In this document: positions 48,184 through 61,839 of the stretch, piece after piece
How positions within the stretch are numbered: position 1 is the first letter of the stretch
Layout of the letters: every line of letters starts with the position of its first letter
Source of the DNA: Malacoraja senta
Lineage: Eukaryota
Length of the DNA stretch: 64,000 nt
Direction: 5' to 3'
Assembly (NCBI GenBank): GCA_038087875.1
Contig: CM075990.1
Span: 15,378,001-15,442,000, forward strand
Notes under the pieces: generated by a model
Seen by the model: the letters and a program-made list of their open reading frames with translations, nothing else
Told to the model about the DNA's origin: nothing
Databases searched by the model: none
Position numbers and translations under genes: made by a program

Positions 48184-49103
48184 AGATCGTAGGAGGTCGT
48201 CGGTTACCTCGACCTTGATTTTTCTTTAGGTCGTTTAAGGTCGTCAGAGGTGGTGAGTTAGGTCGTGAAAGTGGGACAGGCCCTTAAGGCAGCAACCCTA
48301 CCGCTGTGTCACCATGCGTCTGTTTTGTTGCAAGCAATACACTTCCGTCATCAGTAATTAAATGATCACAGAAATTTTTAATGGGAATCAGAAAAGCATT
48401 TGTTTTTTTTGCTTGAGTGAAGTGATTTTTAAAAAGCTATTGTCTTTGAAATAAAAAAGCATGATCATAGCCAGGGCAGTATCCCCTTCAATTTTCTTTT
48501 CCTAAACTAGAAAAGATTGGTTTCTTAATTTGTTTCCCACATTCCTTCTCTTTGGCCACCTTCGCATCCGTTCGATTTATGGTTGAATGCCAGACTCACA
48601 CTAACTGCTCAATTTCTAAGGATTAAAGTAATCTGTTTTTACTTACAATAATGTTTTCAAGATGACCCCGGTACTTAATTGCTGACAACAGGATTGGCTA
48701 CCTTGCCTGTTTGCTGTGAAATTTAAAGTCATTGGAACTGTCAGCTCCACTGTGTGACTTAGACCCTGCATTTCCAGTGTAAATACTTCGCTAGGCGTTT
48801 CACAAAAGCTTGATTTTACATGGCAGCTTTCTACTAAGTAGGTACTTCCAAAACTAGTGTTGATCTACTGGATAGGTTACAGGTGGACGGGGACCTGGCA
48901 GATTAAATAAAGGAAGTCTTGCAATTGTGCAAACTCCAATCATTCAGAGGGAGTTAGGGCTTTCATTCGAATATGAAAGGGTCTGAAGTCGTGGAAATTG
49001 GATCGCACTGCGCCACTTCACAAGTTTAGAGTTTAGAGGAACAACATGGAAACAGGCCCTTCGGCCCATCGCGTCCATGCCGACCATTGACCATCCGTTC
49101 CCT

Positions 49104-49560
49104 TCAACTTGAACCTATGTCCTCTGGTCCTTGATTCCCCTTCTCTGGGCAAAAGACATCGACCCGATCCATTCCTCTCATGATTTTGTACACCTCTATA
49201 AGATCACCCCTCATCCTCCTGCGCTCCATGGAATAGAGACCCAGCCTACTCAACCTCTCCCTATAGCTCACACACTCTAGTCCTGGCAACATCCTCATAA
49301 ATCTTTTCTGAACCCTTTCAAGCTTGACAATATCTTTCCTATAGCATGATACCCGAAACTGAACACAATATTCTAAATGCGGTCTCACCAATGTCTTGTA
49401 CAACTGCAACATGACCTCCCAACTTCTATACTCAATACTCTGACTGATGAAGGCAAAAGTGCCAAAAGCCTTTTAGACCAACTTATCTATCTGCGACTCA
49501 ACCTTCAAGGAACCATGCACCTGTACTCCTAGAACCCTCTGCTCTACAACACTACCCAGT
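49104..49560 (-). mobile_element. CR1 LINE fragment
   Basis: [19 protein letters not shown]...LERVQKRF. Confidence 0.92.
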
Positions 49561-49961
49561 TGAAGACAAAGGGTCAGATTGCCTGGGTAGCAGAGTGCAG
49601 AGAGGGTTGGATAACACAAAATATCCAGTCATAAAGGCGTCAACATTATGGAGTCATAAAGCTTATAAATGGGCCCTTCAGCCCATCATGTCCATGCAAG
49701 CACATGTCTGGCACCAACCGCTAATACGCCAGAAAATCTGGAAGAGTTACAAAGATGTGGGAGGAAAGTTAATAGCGAAATTAGGAAAGCCCAAAGAAAG
49801 AAATGAAAGCAAATATTGCCAAGTTAAATTAAAGAAGACCCAGAGATGTTTTCTCAGTACATAAAGATAAGAGGTTAATGAAGGAATGTGGGGGCTATTG
49901 TTGAATAAAAAGATCACCTCCTCTGACAGCTCATTCCAAATACCTCCCACCCTCTGAGCGC

Positions 49962-51063
49962 ACATTTCCTTACCATTTCTTGACCTCACTATCTCCATCG
50001 CAGGTGATAGGACTACTGACCAACATCCAATATAAACCCACTGACTCCCATGGCTATCTGGACTACACTTCTTCCCACCCTGCTTCCTGTAAGGACTCTA
50101 TCCCCTACTCCCAATTCCTCATCCTATGCCGCATCTGCACCCAGGATGAGGTATTCCACACCAGGGCATCGGAGATGTCCTCATTCTTCAGGGGGGGGGT
50201 TCCCCTCTTCGACTATAGATAAGGCTCTCACCACGGTCTTTTCTATACCCCGTGACTCTGCTCTCACTCCCCATCCCCCCCACTCGTAACAAGGGCAGAG
50301 TCCCCCTTGTCCTCGCCTTCCACCCTACCAGCCGTCACATACAACAAATAACCCTCCGACATTTTCGCACACCTCCAACGTGATCCCACCACTTGCCACA
50401 TCTTCCCATCTCCTCCCCTGTCTGCTTTCCGCAGAGACCGCTCCCTCCGTAACTCCCTGGTCAATTCGTCCCTTCCCACCTGTACCACCCCCTCTCCGGG
50501 CACTTTCCCTTGCAACCGCAAGAAATGCTACACTTGTCGCTTTACCTCCCCCCTTGACTCCATTCAAGGACCCAAGCAGTCTTTCCAGGTGCGGCAGAGG
50601 TTCACCTGCACCTCCTCCAACCGCATCTATTGCATCCGCTGCTCTAGATGTCAGCTGATCTACATCGGTGAGACCAAGCGTAGGCTTGGCGATCGCTTGT
50701 GGCTCAGCACTTCAACTCCCCCTCCCATTCCGAATCCGACCTTTCTGTCCTGGACCTCCTCCATGGCCAGAGTGAGGACCACTGTAAATTGGAGGAGCAG
50801 CACCTCATATTTTGCTTGTGCAGTTTGCACCCCAGTGGTATGAACATTGACTTCTCTAATTTTAGGTAGTCCCTACTTTCCCCTCCCCTTCTCAGCTCTC
50901 CCTCAGCCCACACATCCACCTCTTCCTTTGTTCTTCTGGGCCCCCCCACCCCCCCACCCTCACATCAATCTGAAGAAGGGTTTCGACCCGAAACTTTGCC
51001 TATTTCCTTCGCTCCATAGATGCTGCCTCACCCGCTGAGTTTCTCCAGCATTTTTGTCTACCT
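49962..51063 (+). mobile_element. Decayed Penelope-like element with pLTR
   Basis: Frameshifted homolog of 16195-17357; YIGETKRRLGDR; ctgaagaagggtttcgacccgaaac. Confidence 0.92.
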
Positions 51064-51800
51064 CTGAGCGAAAGAGTTGCCCCTCAGGTTTGTATTAAAC
51101 CTTACCCCTCTCACATTAAACCTATGTCCTCTGGTTCTTGATTCCCCTACGCTGGGTAAAATACTCTGTGCATCCACCTTATCCATTCCCCTCGTGATCT
51201 TGTACACCTCTACAAAATCACCCCTCAGCCTTCTGCACTCCACGGAATAAAGTACTAGCCTGCCTAATCGTTCCCTATAGCCCAGGCCCTCTAGTCCTGG
51301 CACGGTGGCACAGCGGTACAGTTGCCGTCTTACAGCGATTGCAGCGCCGGAGACCCGAGTTCGATCCCGCCGACGGGTGCTGTCCGTACGGAGTTTGACC
51401 ATTCTCCCCGTGACCGCGTGGGTTTTCTCTGAGATCTTTGGTTTCCTCCCACACTCCAAAGACGTACAGGCGTGTAGGTTAATTGGCTTGGTGTAAATGT
51501 CAAAATTGTCCCTAGTATGTGTAGGACAGTAAGTAAGTAAGTTTATTGGCCAAGTATTCACATACAAGGAATTTGCCTTGCTGCTCCGCCCACAAGTAAC
51601 AACATGACATACAGTGACAGTTACAAATGACTCAGAAAACACTAAACATTAATAATAATAAGACATTAATGATAAAACAGATAGTGTGCGGGGATCGCTG
51701 GTGGGCGTGGACTCGGTGGGCCGAAGGGCCTGTTTCCGCGCTGTATCTCTAAACTAAACCCAACTAAACTAAGCATCCTCATACATCTTCTCTGCCCTCT
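51064..51800. mobile_element. Nested CR1 (-), containing a V-SINE (+, 51299-51772), containing a Rex1-like tail (-, 51529-51678)
   Basis: Each host sequence resumes after its insert. Confidence 0.85.
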
Positions 51801-52704
51801 TTACGGCATTAAAAAAAATCCACCAAAAAATGATGGGTACTACTTCCCAATTGAAGTCATTTATTTACCTCAAAGTAAATGTCAATGATATTTCCAAAGA
51901 AGAAACAAAAAATAAATCACGTTCAGCGTGATTCTATCAACGGTTAATCAACAAGCCTTAGCGTTAATGTGGCACTTAGTAAATACTTAACAACATTTCA
52001 GCTTCTTCTTGTAAAGACAGTCAGTAATGTTTCTGGCAGGAATACACTTGGATCATCTCCAGCTATGATTATCGCTACTGGTTATTAATTAAAATCCAGT
52101 CAGCGAGATGCAATTAAAATAGATTTAAAATCCACAATGGCAAGGGAATTTCATTTTGCTAAATTAATGATTAGGTCTCCTGTAGTGTAGCATAAGCAAA
52201 ATATTTGCCCTGCATAATAAAGAGTGATTTTACTAGGATGGTAATGAAAAATTAGACCAGATGAAAGTGTGTAAAATACACGTCAAAACAAAGTTGACGT
52301 ATCAAACTGACAGTGATAAGTTCTGTTGATGTTTTTATTATAATCTTCATTTAAAGATAGGTGATCAAAGTAAGCCCGTTGTTACATGTCTGCCGTGCTA
52401 ATTAAAACATTCCACTGGTAAGTGACAGATTATAAATTGCCATCTTTTTCATCTTGAGTGTGTGCTTTTTTTTCTCCAAGCTAATACTGACACCAACAAT
52501 TGACAGGGATCTTGTAGAATACCTGCTATCAGTTAACCTGGAGGCCAGCTGGCAGGCAGATGTCCCAGGTCCTCTGAGGGCAGCGAAGAGGGATGTGGGG
52601 TTTGGTTCGCCTGGCTTTGTTTCTCAATATGCTGCTGGCACTTTATCATCTCAGAATAGAAGCTTGTTGGCTTTTTCTTACTGCAAATTGTTTAGAAGTA
52701 GTCT

Positions 52705-53186
52705 CCTCTCTCCATCCCTCCACTACCTCCCTCCCTTCCTGCTCTTCCGTTACTCCCCTTCCTCCATCACTTTCCCTCTCATCCTTTCCTCCCCTCTCCC
52801 CTCCCCTTCCTACACCCCTCTCCCCTGCCTTTCTCTCCTTCCCTCCCTCCCTCCCCCTTCCCACTCTAATCTTCCTTCCCCCTTCCCATACCCCATTCTC
52901 TCCTTTCCTTCCCTCCCCTCCCCCAACCATCCCCCTTTCTTCCCCTCCCCTTTCCCTCCCTCCCTCCCCTTTACGTTTGTCCTCTTCTCCTTTTCTTGCC
53001 CTTCCCTTCCTCCCCTTCTCCCTTCCCTTTCTCCCTTTTCTTCTGCTTGCCTTCCACCTCCCCACTTCTCTCATCCCTCCCTTCTTATCTTCCTTTCTTC
53101 TTCCCTCCTTCTTCCACTCCCAACTCCCTCCTCCCACCTCCCTCCCCCCCTTCCTCCCTCCTTCTGTTCACCCCCCCCCCCCCCCA
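52705..53186. repeat. Polypyrimidine (CT-rich) low-complexity tract
   Basis: Almost exclusively C/T on the plus strand. Confidence 0.95.
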
Positions 53187-53439
53187 AATGTAATTGCAGT
53201 AATACACATTCAATTGCATAACCATTTTTTTGTGGACAGCATGTAATGGAACATTTGTCTTGGGAATTGAGACTTAACTAGGGCTTAAAATAGTAATGCA
53301 CTTTTATTGAAATTGCATTCCACAATAAGCAAAGGAATCTGATGGCCGGCATTGCATTTTATTTCCAGATCCTTAAAATTCCTACCCCTTTATCTTTCAA
53401 TCTTTCCTCTCTGCAAATCCCGACCTGGTGTCACCTCCA

Positions 53440-53695
53440 TGCGATGTCTTCATTCTTTAGTCAGGGGGTGGGTGAGTCTGTGGAATTCTTTGCCACAGAA
53501 GGCTGTGGAGGCCAAATCAATGGATATTTTTAAGACAGAGATAGGCTGATTCTTGATTAGTACGGGTGTTAGAAGTTATGGGGAGAAAGCAGGAGAATGG
53601 GGTTGAGAGGGAAAAATAGATCTGCCATGATTGAATGGCAGAGCAGACTTGATGAGCCGAATGGCATAATTCTGCTACTATCACTTATGAACATG
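53440..53695 (+). mobile_element. CR1 LINE 3' end
   Basis: LWNSLPQKAVEAKSMDIFK + UTR. Confidence 0.85.
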
Positions 53696-54904
53696 AATTT
53701 CTCTTGGGTTCATGGTTGCTCTTTCCAATGGTGTTTGCCGGTTTGGCAACCTATCTGATCTCAGGTTGAGCTTGCAAACATTTATCTTCACCAAAACAAA
53801 GATTGCCTCCTTTATCTCCACAACATCTCCCACCTGTACTCCCACCTCATCACCTTCTCCATTCAAGCCTACATCAATGGTTCAGTCACATCAAGGCCAG
53901 TCACGTTTTGTGTTGCCTCGAATAGACTGAAACCTTCTATTCTTTTGCTCATTCTATTGTATTTGTTCCTGCCACACCAGAATGACCATTGCACGTTCTT
54001 GCTAACCAATGTTGACCATATATACAGGGAAAATGAGTCGGGGAATAAGGTGGCTTAGACTCTGGGCCAAAATGGCCTCCTTCGGTGCCATAGGGAACCC
54101 GGTGACAGGTCATATTTCAAGAGCTTATAAGGCAAAGAGGTTCTGACTGTCTCTCTTACGACAGTTTCCTCCATTTACACCTTCAGAGAACCTGATTGTC
54201 CAAAATTCATTTAAGGGACTTTTACATAGGATCATGGAAATGCAGGGAATAGAGGGAAATGGATTATATGCAGGTAGATAAGAGTTAGTCTTGGCATCAT
54301 GTTCGGCACAGCTATTGTGGGCAGAAGGGCCTGTTCCTTTGCTGTAATATTCTGCGTTCTATGTTAATGAAAAGCCGAGATTTTACCTTCACAAGCCCCT
54401 GCTTGTAGATGAGCCAATGTAAATAGTGATTACTGTGGTCCGATTAAGAATTAATGAACACGACAAAATCGTAAAATGCAGGTTATTCGAAAAGTCCAAT
54501 TTTAAAGTAAATTAATACATCTACCTGCAATGTAGCATTTGGGGAGCAGAATATTTCAGCTTTAAAAATCTCCTGTTCACTTACCATTTCGAAACAGCAG
54601 CTATTTAGTGATGGAGAAAAGATTCCTCTACTGGGAAATGGGATTAGCACATTGAGTAATTCTCCTTTTAAGTTAATCCTGCAGTTCAACACTACGTTTT
54701 ATGATATGGGATGGAGCAATTGCTGCCAATTTGACCACATTACACTCTCGTTTTTCCTTTTCGCTTATTAGTCTTTGTTACTGGATTTATAAAGAGTATT
54801 TCAATGAAGGTTGTTAAAGCAGCATTATCCTGAGAATTACTGACATAGAGCTTCTGTCTATGGTGCAAGGATTCAGGAGATTGAGTGTGTGTGGTGATAA
54901 AAAT

Positions 54905-55104
54905 NNNNNNNNNNNNNNNNNNNNNNNNNNNNNNNNNNNNNNNNNNNNNNNNNNNNNNNNNNNNNNNNNNNNNNNNNNNNNNNNNNNNNNNNNNNNNNNN
55001 NNNNNNNNNNNNNNNNNNNNNNNNNNNNNNNNNNNNNNNNNNNNNNNNNNNNNNNNNNNNNNNNNNNNNNNNNNNNNNNNNNNNNNNNNNNNNNNNNNNN
55101 NNNN
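54905..55104. other. Assembly gap
   Basis: 200 consecutive N. Confidence 1.
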
Positions 55105-55695
55105 ATCACAATCAGAAGCCTTGAAGTTTCCAGCTGATAATGTAGGTGTTAGACAGTGAATATTGCTGGCATGTTGACAGGTCTCACCAGCAGCTAGGTG
55201 TGCAAAATCACTAATAGGCTGCATGATGCGCTACTTCTTTCCAAGGTGAGACAACGCAGGCAAAGACAACACCCGGTGCTGAGCAACAATAATTTACAAG
55301 ACAAAGGAAGCAAGGAGAGGCTCGCGCTCAGAACTTTGCTGAGCTCGGGAATCCACGTAGAACTCTGTCAAACATGATTTTGCAGCTTCTGTTGTCGGAA
55401 ATTAAACAATATGGCTTGCATTGGCCTGCAAAGGAGAGAGTGAAGTTTTCCCGAAGAAATTAAAATAAAATCGTGGGAACTTTATTTTGCAACCTCCATC
55501 TCCTGCCTTAAAATGTAACCTCGCTTCTCAGAGGTGAGCAGTTGAGGAGCAGGCAGTGGGTTAATTACCTCATGGACTGGACTAGGGTGACCGCATTGCA
55601 AACCATTGCTCCACTCAGCCAAAGAGTGAGCGGGAGAAATAAAATCACCTTCTCACAACTGTAGCCATTGATCACACAGCTGGGCTCCACTGTTA

Positions 55696-55971
55696 AGGGG
55701 CTGTCCCACTGTACGAGCTAATTCAAGAGTTCTCCCGCGTTTCCCCTGATTCGAACGCGGAGATTTACGGTAATGGCCGCTCGTAGGTACTCGGGGCTCT
55801 CGTGGACATTTTTCAACATGTTGAACGATCTTCATGAGCGTTACGAGCCGCTAAGAGACGTCCCGAGATCTGACGTACCCGCGACGTACATTCTACGTGC
55901 TTACCACGAGTTTGATTTTTTTTAAAACTCGGGAGAGCTCTTGAATTACCTCGCACAGTGGGACAGCCCCT
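55696..55971. mobile_element. PIF/Harbinger-type MITE
   Basis: TIR aggggctgtcccactgt / acagtgggacagcccct with perfect TTA TSD. Confidence 0.9.
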
Positions 55972-56865
55972 TTAGCCCGCCACAGCGTCGCACTGTTGGA
56001 GGTGTAATGTCAGTCCGAAAATTCAGGGGTGTGAAGAATAAAAACTTCATTTTGCAGTGGGATGAAAATAAATGAGCTGTCGTTTTTATTCCATTATTGG
56101 CGCTTGATTCATTACCAGCAAGTATCTCATAAACGTTGGCTTCCGTGGCAGCTGATCTCATTTGACAACTTTTATTGTTCAAAAGTTTCCTTATCCCGTG
56201 AAGCAGTGAAAGGTTTATGTAGACTGGAAAGATGATGTTTCAGCAAGAGACAAAAGTGTGAATCTTTGGCATCCCAGCAATGCATCTGTCATTTTAAATT
56301 GAAATTCCTAAATTTAAACTCAGACGTCAAGGCTCCTTAAGGGCTTGGGTTAATTTGGGTAAGAAATGATTGTCAGATTCAGTTCAAGTCAATGGATGTT
56401 TGCCTCAACTGCCAATCATGGGCTTGAGTACAATGGTTGCCCCAGGTATTGAATCTATCCATCCTACTGTCGATTTGCGAGCTGCCTCCGAGATGGAGCA
56501 TCACGAGAGGGAGAGCATTACCGTCCTTCAGCGGTGAGTTTAGTAATCATGTCGCCCTCCACAGCTACAACATATTCAGAACCCAGTCGTAGTCCTCCCC
56601 AGCACAGCACAATGCATTCCCGTGGAAACACATCTCATCAGGTTCAGGAATAGCTCCTTCCCCCCTGCTGTCAGACAATTGAATGGCCCTCCCATAAGAT
56701 GGATGTGGTCCCGATCCAACTTACCTCAATGTACACCTTGAAGTTCTTCTCTGTAACATTATAACGCTGTAACATTGCAATTAGCACTCTGGGCTTTAGT
56801 CTTTACTTTAGAGATCCAGCGCTGAAACAGGCCCCTCGGCTCACCGAGTCCGCGCTGACCAGTGC

Positions 56866-57719
56866 AAGTTCAAGAGTTCAAGAGATTTTATTGTCATGTG
56901 TCCCAGATAGGACAATGAAATTCTTGCTTTACTTCAGCACAACAGAATTTTGTAGGCATAAATAAATACAGATCAGTGTGTCCATATGCCATTGAATATA
57001 TATATATATATACACACTCATAAATAAGCTTATAAAGTGCAATGGGCTATTAAAGTTCAGATTTTAGTTTGAGTTTAGTAGTCTGATGGCTGTGGGGAAG
57101 TAGCTGTTCCTGAACCTGGAAGTTGCAGATTTCAGGCTCCTGTACCTTCTACCTGAAGGTAGCGGGGAGATGAGTGTGTGGCCAGGATGGTGTGTGTCCT
57201 TGATGATGCTGCCAGCCTTTTTGAGGCAGCGACTGCGATAGATCCCCTCGATGGTGGGGAGGTCAGAGCCGATGATGGACTGGGCAGTGTTTACAACTTT
57301 TTTGCAGTCTTTTCCCCTCCAGGGCGCTCAAGTTGCCGAACCAAGCCACGATGCAACCGGTCAGCATGCTCTCTACTGTGCACCTGTAGAAGTTCGAGAG
57401 AGTCCTCCTTGGCAAACCGACTCTCTGTAATCTTCTCAGGAAGTAGAGGCGCTGATGTGCTTTCTTTATGATTGCATCAGTGTTCTGGGACCAGGAGAGA
57501 TCTTCCGAAATATGCACGCCCAGGAATTTGAAGCTCTTGATCCTTTCCACCATCGACCCGTTGATATAAACGGGACTGTGAGTCCCCATCCTACCCCTTC
57601 CGAAGTCCACAATCAGTTCCTTGGTTTTCCTGGTGTTGAGGGCCAGGTTATTGTGCTGGCACCATATGGTCAACCGGTCGATCTCACTTCTACACTCTGA
57701 CTCGTCCCATCAGTGATAC
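56866..57719 (-). mobile_element. Rex1/Babar LINE 3' fragment nested in a V-SINE (56800-57945)
   Basis: WCQHNNLALNTRKTKELIVDF...FKFLGVHISEDLSW...KAHQRLYFLRRL...FYRCTVESMLT; gaccag(t/c)g duplicated at the ends. Confidence 0.93.
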
Positions 57720-58822
57720 GACCAGCGATCCCCGTACGCCCACACTACATACGAGGGACAATTTAGAATTTTACCAAAGCCACTTAAGCTCCAAGCCTGC
57801 ACGTCTTTGCGGAGTGGGAGGAAAGGGAAGCGCCTGGAGAAAACCCACAAGGTCGCAGGGAGAATGTACAAACTCTGTACCGATGGTAGGGTGAACCTGG
57901 GTCTCTGACGCTGTGAGGCAGCAACTCTATCATTGCACCACTATGCTGCTTCCATGTTTGTAATTGTGTATATTGTAAGGACATACAGTACAAAAACAGG
58001 CACTTCCATGCCAACCATGCCAACCATGATGTGGCCTTGGCTGTGGTGAAGCCTCGCGGGTCAAAAGAGGGAGCCGGCGTGCTTTGTACCATTGTCAGTG
58101 CCACACGTGGCTGCTATTTGTATACATTGTGTATGCAAGCAAATAATCTCACTGTGCCTAGTCACATGGGACAATAAAGTATTCCTAGTCCAATGATCCA
58201 TGATCACATTGAATGGCTTGAAGGGCCGAATGGCCTACTCCTGCACCTATTGTCTATTGTCTAAATAGGTCTCACGGCACCGATGCATGCCATCATTGCT
58301 GCCTGCCCTTTCACTCTTTATGCTCCAATTCTTTCCAATTCTTTTATTTATTTATTTGCCTTCTCAACGTCCCATTTCAAATGCTTTCTGTTTGACTCTT
58401 TGTGCAATTGGCAACTTATTCCCGGTCCATTTTGGATGGGATTAGTGTCTACACACCTTGCCATGGGTGAGGCCCATTTCGGAGAGCGGGTGGTGAGATT
58501 AGGATGTTTGCACACCTTCTGTTTGACATGACCTCCACTAGCTACCATTGTCGAGGCTTGCAAAGCTTCACCCTCATCCAGATGCTGCTCCTCCATTTCA
58601 AAGGGTCAGGGGATAAGGGATTCCCATAAACTAATGAAGAAGCCACTGTTTTCCAACAATCATCCTTTAAGTGGTTTCACAGTTCTCGTGAAAATCTCCT
58701 AATATGACTGAAACTTGTGAACTTAATGAAGTGACTGTCTAGGAGCTGAACTGTGTGCATGTGAACGATGTCCCCCCTCCTCTCCCAACCCAACCTGAGT
58801 GCTGCTTGACCAGAGCTTTCAT

Positions 58823-59100
58823 GTTTAGTTTAGAGATACGGTATGGAAACAGGCCCTTCGGCCCACTGAGTCTACGACGACCATCAATCACCCATTCACA
58901 TTAGTTGCATGTTATCCCACTTTTGTGTCCACTCCCTGCACATTAACAGCAATTTTTTTACAGAGGCCAATTAACCCACAAATGCGCAATCTTTGGGATG
59001 TGGGAGGAAACCTATTCGGTCACAGGGAAAACTTGCAAACTCCACACAGACAGCACCCGCGGTCAGGATCGAACCCGGGCCTCTGTCACCGTGAGGCAAG
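58823..59100 (-). mobile_element. HE1-type V-SINE
   Basis: Tail (TTTAG)n, aggatcgaacccgg. Confidence 0.85.
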
Positions 59101-59435
59101 TGCTCCCATTTCCTCCCAAATCCTAAAGATGTTTGGGTTACTTAATTGATTGGCCACTGGAAATTTCTCCTCAAATGTAGGTGGATGGTGAGTGGGTTGG
59201 AATTGACATGCTTGTGAGAAAGAATAGGCTACGGAAAAAGAACTGGAGGAATGGGATTACTTTGAGAGTTGATATGAGAGAAACTCAATGGATTGAATGA
59301 TGAAGGACTTTGGTCTTCCAGATGTTCAATGTAAAGACCATGTGAAATCATGTTTCAGGATCTACAGACCCTACAACTCCACACACATGTGCTTTGCGGC
59401 TTTCTTTGAGTTGAAAGGAATATGGTGTGATCTTT

Positions 59436-59670
59436 GTAAGAAGGAACTGCAGATGCTAGTTTACACCGAAGATAGACACAAAATGCTGAAGATAGACACA
59501 AAAGGCCGCATCTCTGGAGAAAAGGAATGGGTAACATTTTGAGTCGAGACCCTTCTTCAGACTGAGAGTCAGGGGAAAAGGAAACAAGAGATATAGATGG
59601 TGGTGTAGAGAGATACGGAACAAATGAAGGAAAGATATGCAAAAAAAGTAACGCTGATAAAGGACACAAG
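59436..59670 (-). mobile_element. Penelope 3' UTR/pLTR fragment
   Basis: aaggaactgcagatgct...gagacccttcttcagactg; matches 22945-23140. Confidence 0.8.
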
Positions 59671-59727
59671 CCATGAGTTTGGTCCAATCATCTTCATGAT
59701 ATCAGATCACAAATGTGTGCATGTTAT

Positions 59728-60330
59728 GGCAGCACAGCCAGTCGAGCGCTGCCTCACGTCACCAGAGACCCGTGTTCTCCTTTTCGCCAGAGATGCTGCC
59801 TGACCCGCTGAGTTACTCCAGCACTTTGTGTCTATCTGCTCGGGCTCAATCCTGTCCTTGGGTGCTGTTTGTGAGGAGTTTACACGTCCTCACTGTGAAT
59901 GCATGGGTTTTCTCCGGGTGGTACAGTTCCTTCTCGCATCCCCAATCCGTACGGGTTAATTGGCCGGCCTCTGTAAATTCCCCTGTGTAGTAGATGCAAA
60001 AATGGGAAAAACAGACAACCGGTGTGATCGATGGTCGGCATGGACTCGGTGGGCAGAAGGGCCTGTTTCTGTGCTGTATCTTTCGATAAATCAAAACCAT
60101 GAGATGGTTGCCACAAAAGGTAGTTGAGGCCAGTTCATTGGCTATATTTAAGAGGGAGTTAGATGTGGCCCTTGTGGCTAAAGGGATCAGGGGGTATGGA
60201 GAGAAGGCAGGGATGGGATACTGAGTTGGATGATCAGCCATGATCATATTGAATGGCGGTGCAGGCTCGAAGGGCCGAATGGCCTACTCCTGCACCTATG
60301 TTCTATGTTTCTATGTCTATGTTTCTATGC
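59728..60330 (+). mobile_element. V-SINE (with nested pLTR piece) followed by a CR1 3' end
   Basis: SINE head and V domain interrupted at about 59775-59838; CR1 tail at 60105-60330 ends in (TTTCTATG)n. Confidence 0.8.
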
Positions 60331-61708
60331 CCATTGTGCTGTTTGACAGATTAGGATGAAGCAAGAATCGATGTTCAGTTCCATCACAGCATCAATGATG
60401 CCACGTAAATAGAGCAAAAACCGGGCTTAGCTCATCCCTGCACCTGACCTGGTACACACATTGGTAAAAGAGTTAAGAATATCCCACTTCTGTAACATTG
60501 TGAGCAAGAATGTTGGGCTGTGTACAGGAACTGTTTATTCATAAGCAGCCTGACTTGACAGAAGCTCAGGTGTGCAAAGGCTGGCAGTTCACATTAAAGC
60601 CTTCTTCCCCAGTGTCACTGCAGTGAATAATTGTCCCCTTCATGATCATGCAGCCGCACTGATAATGGGTGAAGCCTTCACTACAAAGCCACTGAATAAA
60701 TAGCGTCTGTCACCATAGCTCTCAGGCATCAGTAGAGTCAAACACCTGAGCAAAGCTGAAAGCTCTTTAAAGCTCATTGCATATCATATTTACCCCGAGG
60801 ACAGTAGTGGAACGAATCCGCACTTTAAAGCAAATAGGAATATTTCTGACAACATTGAGTCTCTGATAATTACTGAGCCTTCCTATTATTGATGTCTATC
60901 ATCAATAGCTGTTGCACCAAGCTCGAGCTTATATTAAATGTCGTCTACACAGAGCATTTACAAAAACCAGGACATGTTGATTATTCAATAATCAAAAGCT
61001 AAATTCAGCAATTGCTGAAAATCTGAAATGAAGTCTAAAATCCAAGTAACATTCGGGTCAGGTAACATTTGCCTTTGCAGCATGCCATTTTGATTAAGCA
61101 TCTGTTGAACTGGTGCAGTTAATGGAAAGGCAGCGATTCTGGTTTGCAAACAAACTGAGTAGAGGTGGCATTTTTAACCTGTGCGGTTCTCCTTCATAAC
61201 TCAGTGTTTTAACATATTTTTGTTCCTAGTTAGTGCACAGTGGGGATGGTGGGTGTAAAGGCTGCAGGAAGGAACTGCTGATGTTGGTTTAAACCGAAGA
61301 TAGACACAAAAAGCTGGAGTAACCTGCTAAGTTACTTTTCGCGCCTATCGTGGGTGAGAAGGCTGTTGTGTGCATGGCTTGGTGTTGAGACACAGAAGGA
61401 TTGAATCACACAGAACAGAAACAGGCCCTTCGGCCCATCAGGCCCATGCTCACCTTCAAGCATACATTCATAAGAGTGATAGGAGCAGAATTAGGCCACT
61501 CGGCCCATCACGTCTACTCTGCCATTCAATCATGGCTGATCTATCTTTCCCATTCTCCTGCCTTCTCCCCATAACCCCTGACACCCATACTAATCAGGAA
61601 GTTGGGAAAAGGGGAAGTACAACGGGATCTGGGGGGTCCTTCTTCATCAGCCAATGAAAGTAAGCATGCAGGTACAGTAGGCACTGAAGAACGCGAATGG
61701 CATGTTGG

Positions 61709-61839
61709 CTTTCATAGCAAGTTGTCTATTGTGTATTGAATACCAGGCCCCTTTCATAGCAAGTTGTCTATTGTGTATTGAATACCAGGCCCCTTTCATA
61801 GCAAGTTGTCTATTGTGTATTGAATACCAGGCCCCTTTC
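61709..61839. repeat. Perfect 42-bp tandem triplication
   Basis: ctttcatagcaagttgtctattgtgtattgaataccaggccc x3. Confidence 0.95.

Larger units (their letters stand above)
46841..48284. mobile_element. PIF/Harbinger DNA transposon, internally deleted
   Basis: About 44-bp TIRs, TGA/TAA flanks, transposase remnant on the minus strand and Myb/MADF-like remnant on the plus strand. Confidence 0.9.

Noticed and set aside
51058..51642. 194-aa ORF
   Set aside because: Runs through three nested repeats (Rex1-like tail, antisense V-SINE, CR1).
52454..53246. Long Pro/Ser/Leu-rich ORFs (also 9395-9820 and 62368-62845)
   Set aside because: Artefacts of stop-poor CT/GA low-complexity tracts.
54814..55224. 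ORFs spanning the N run
   Set aside because: Created by the assembly gap.
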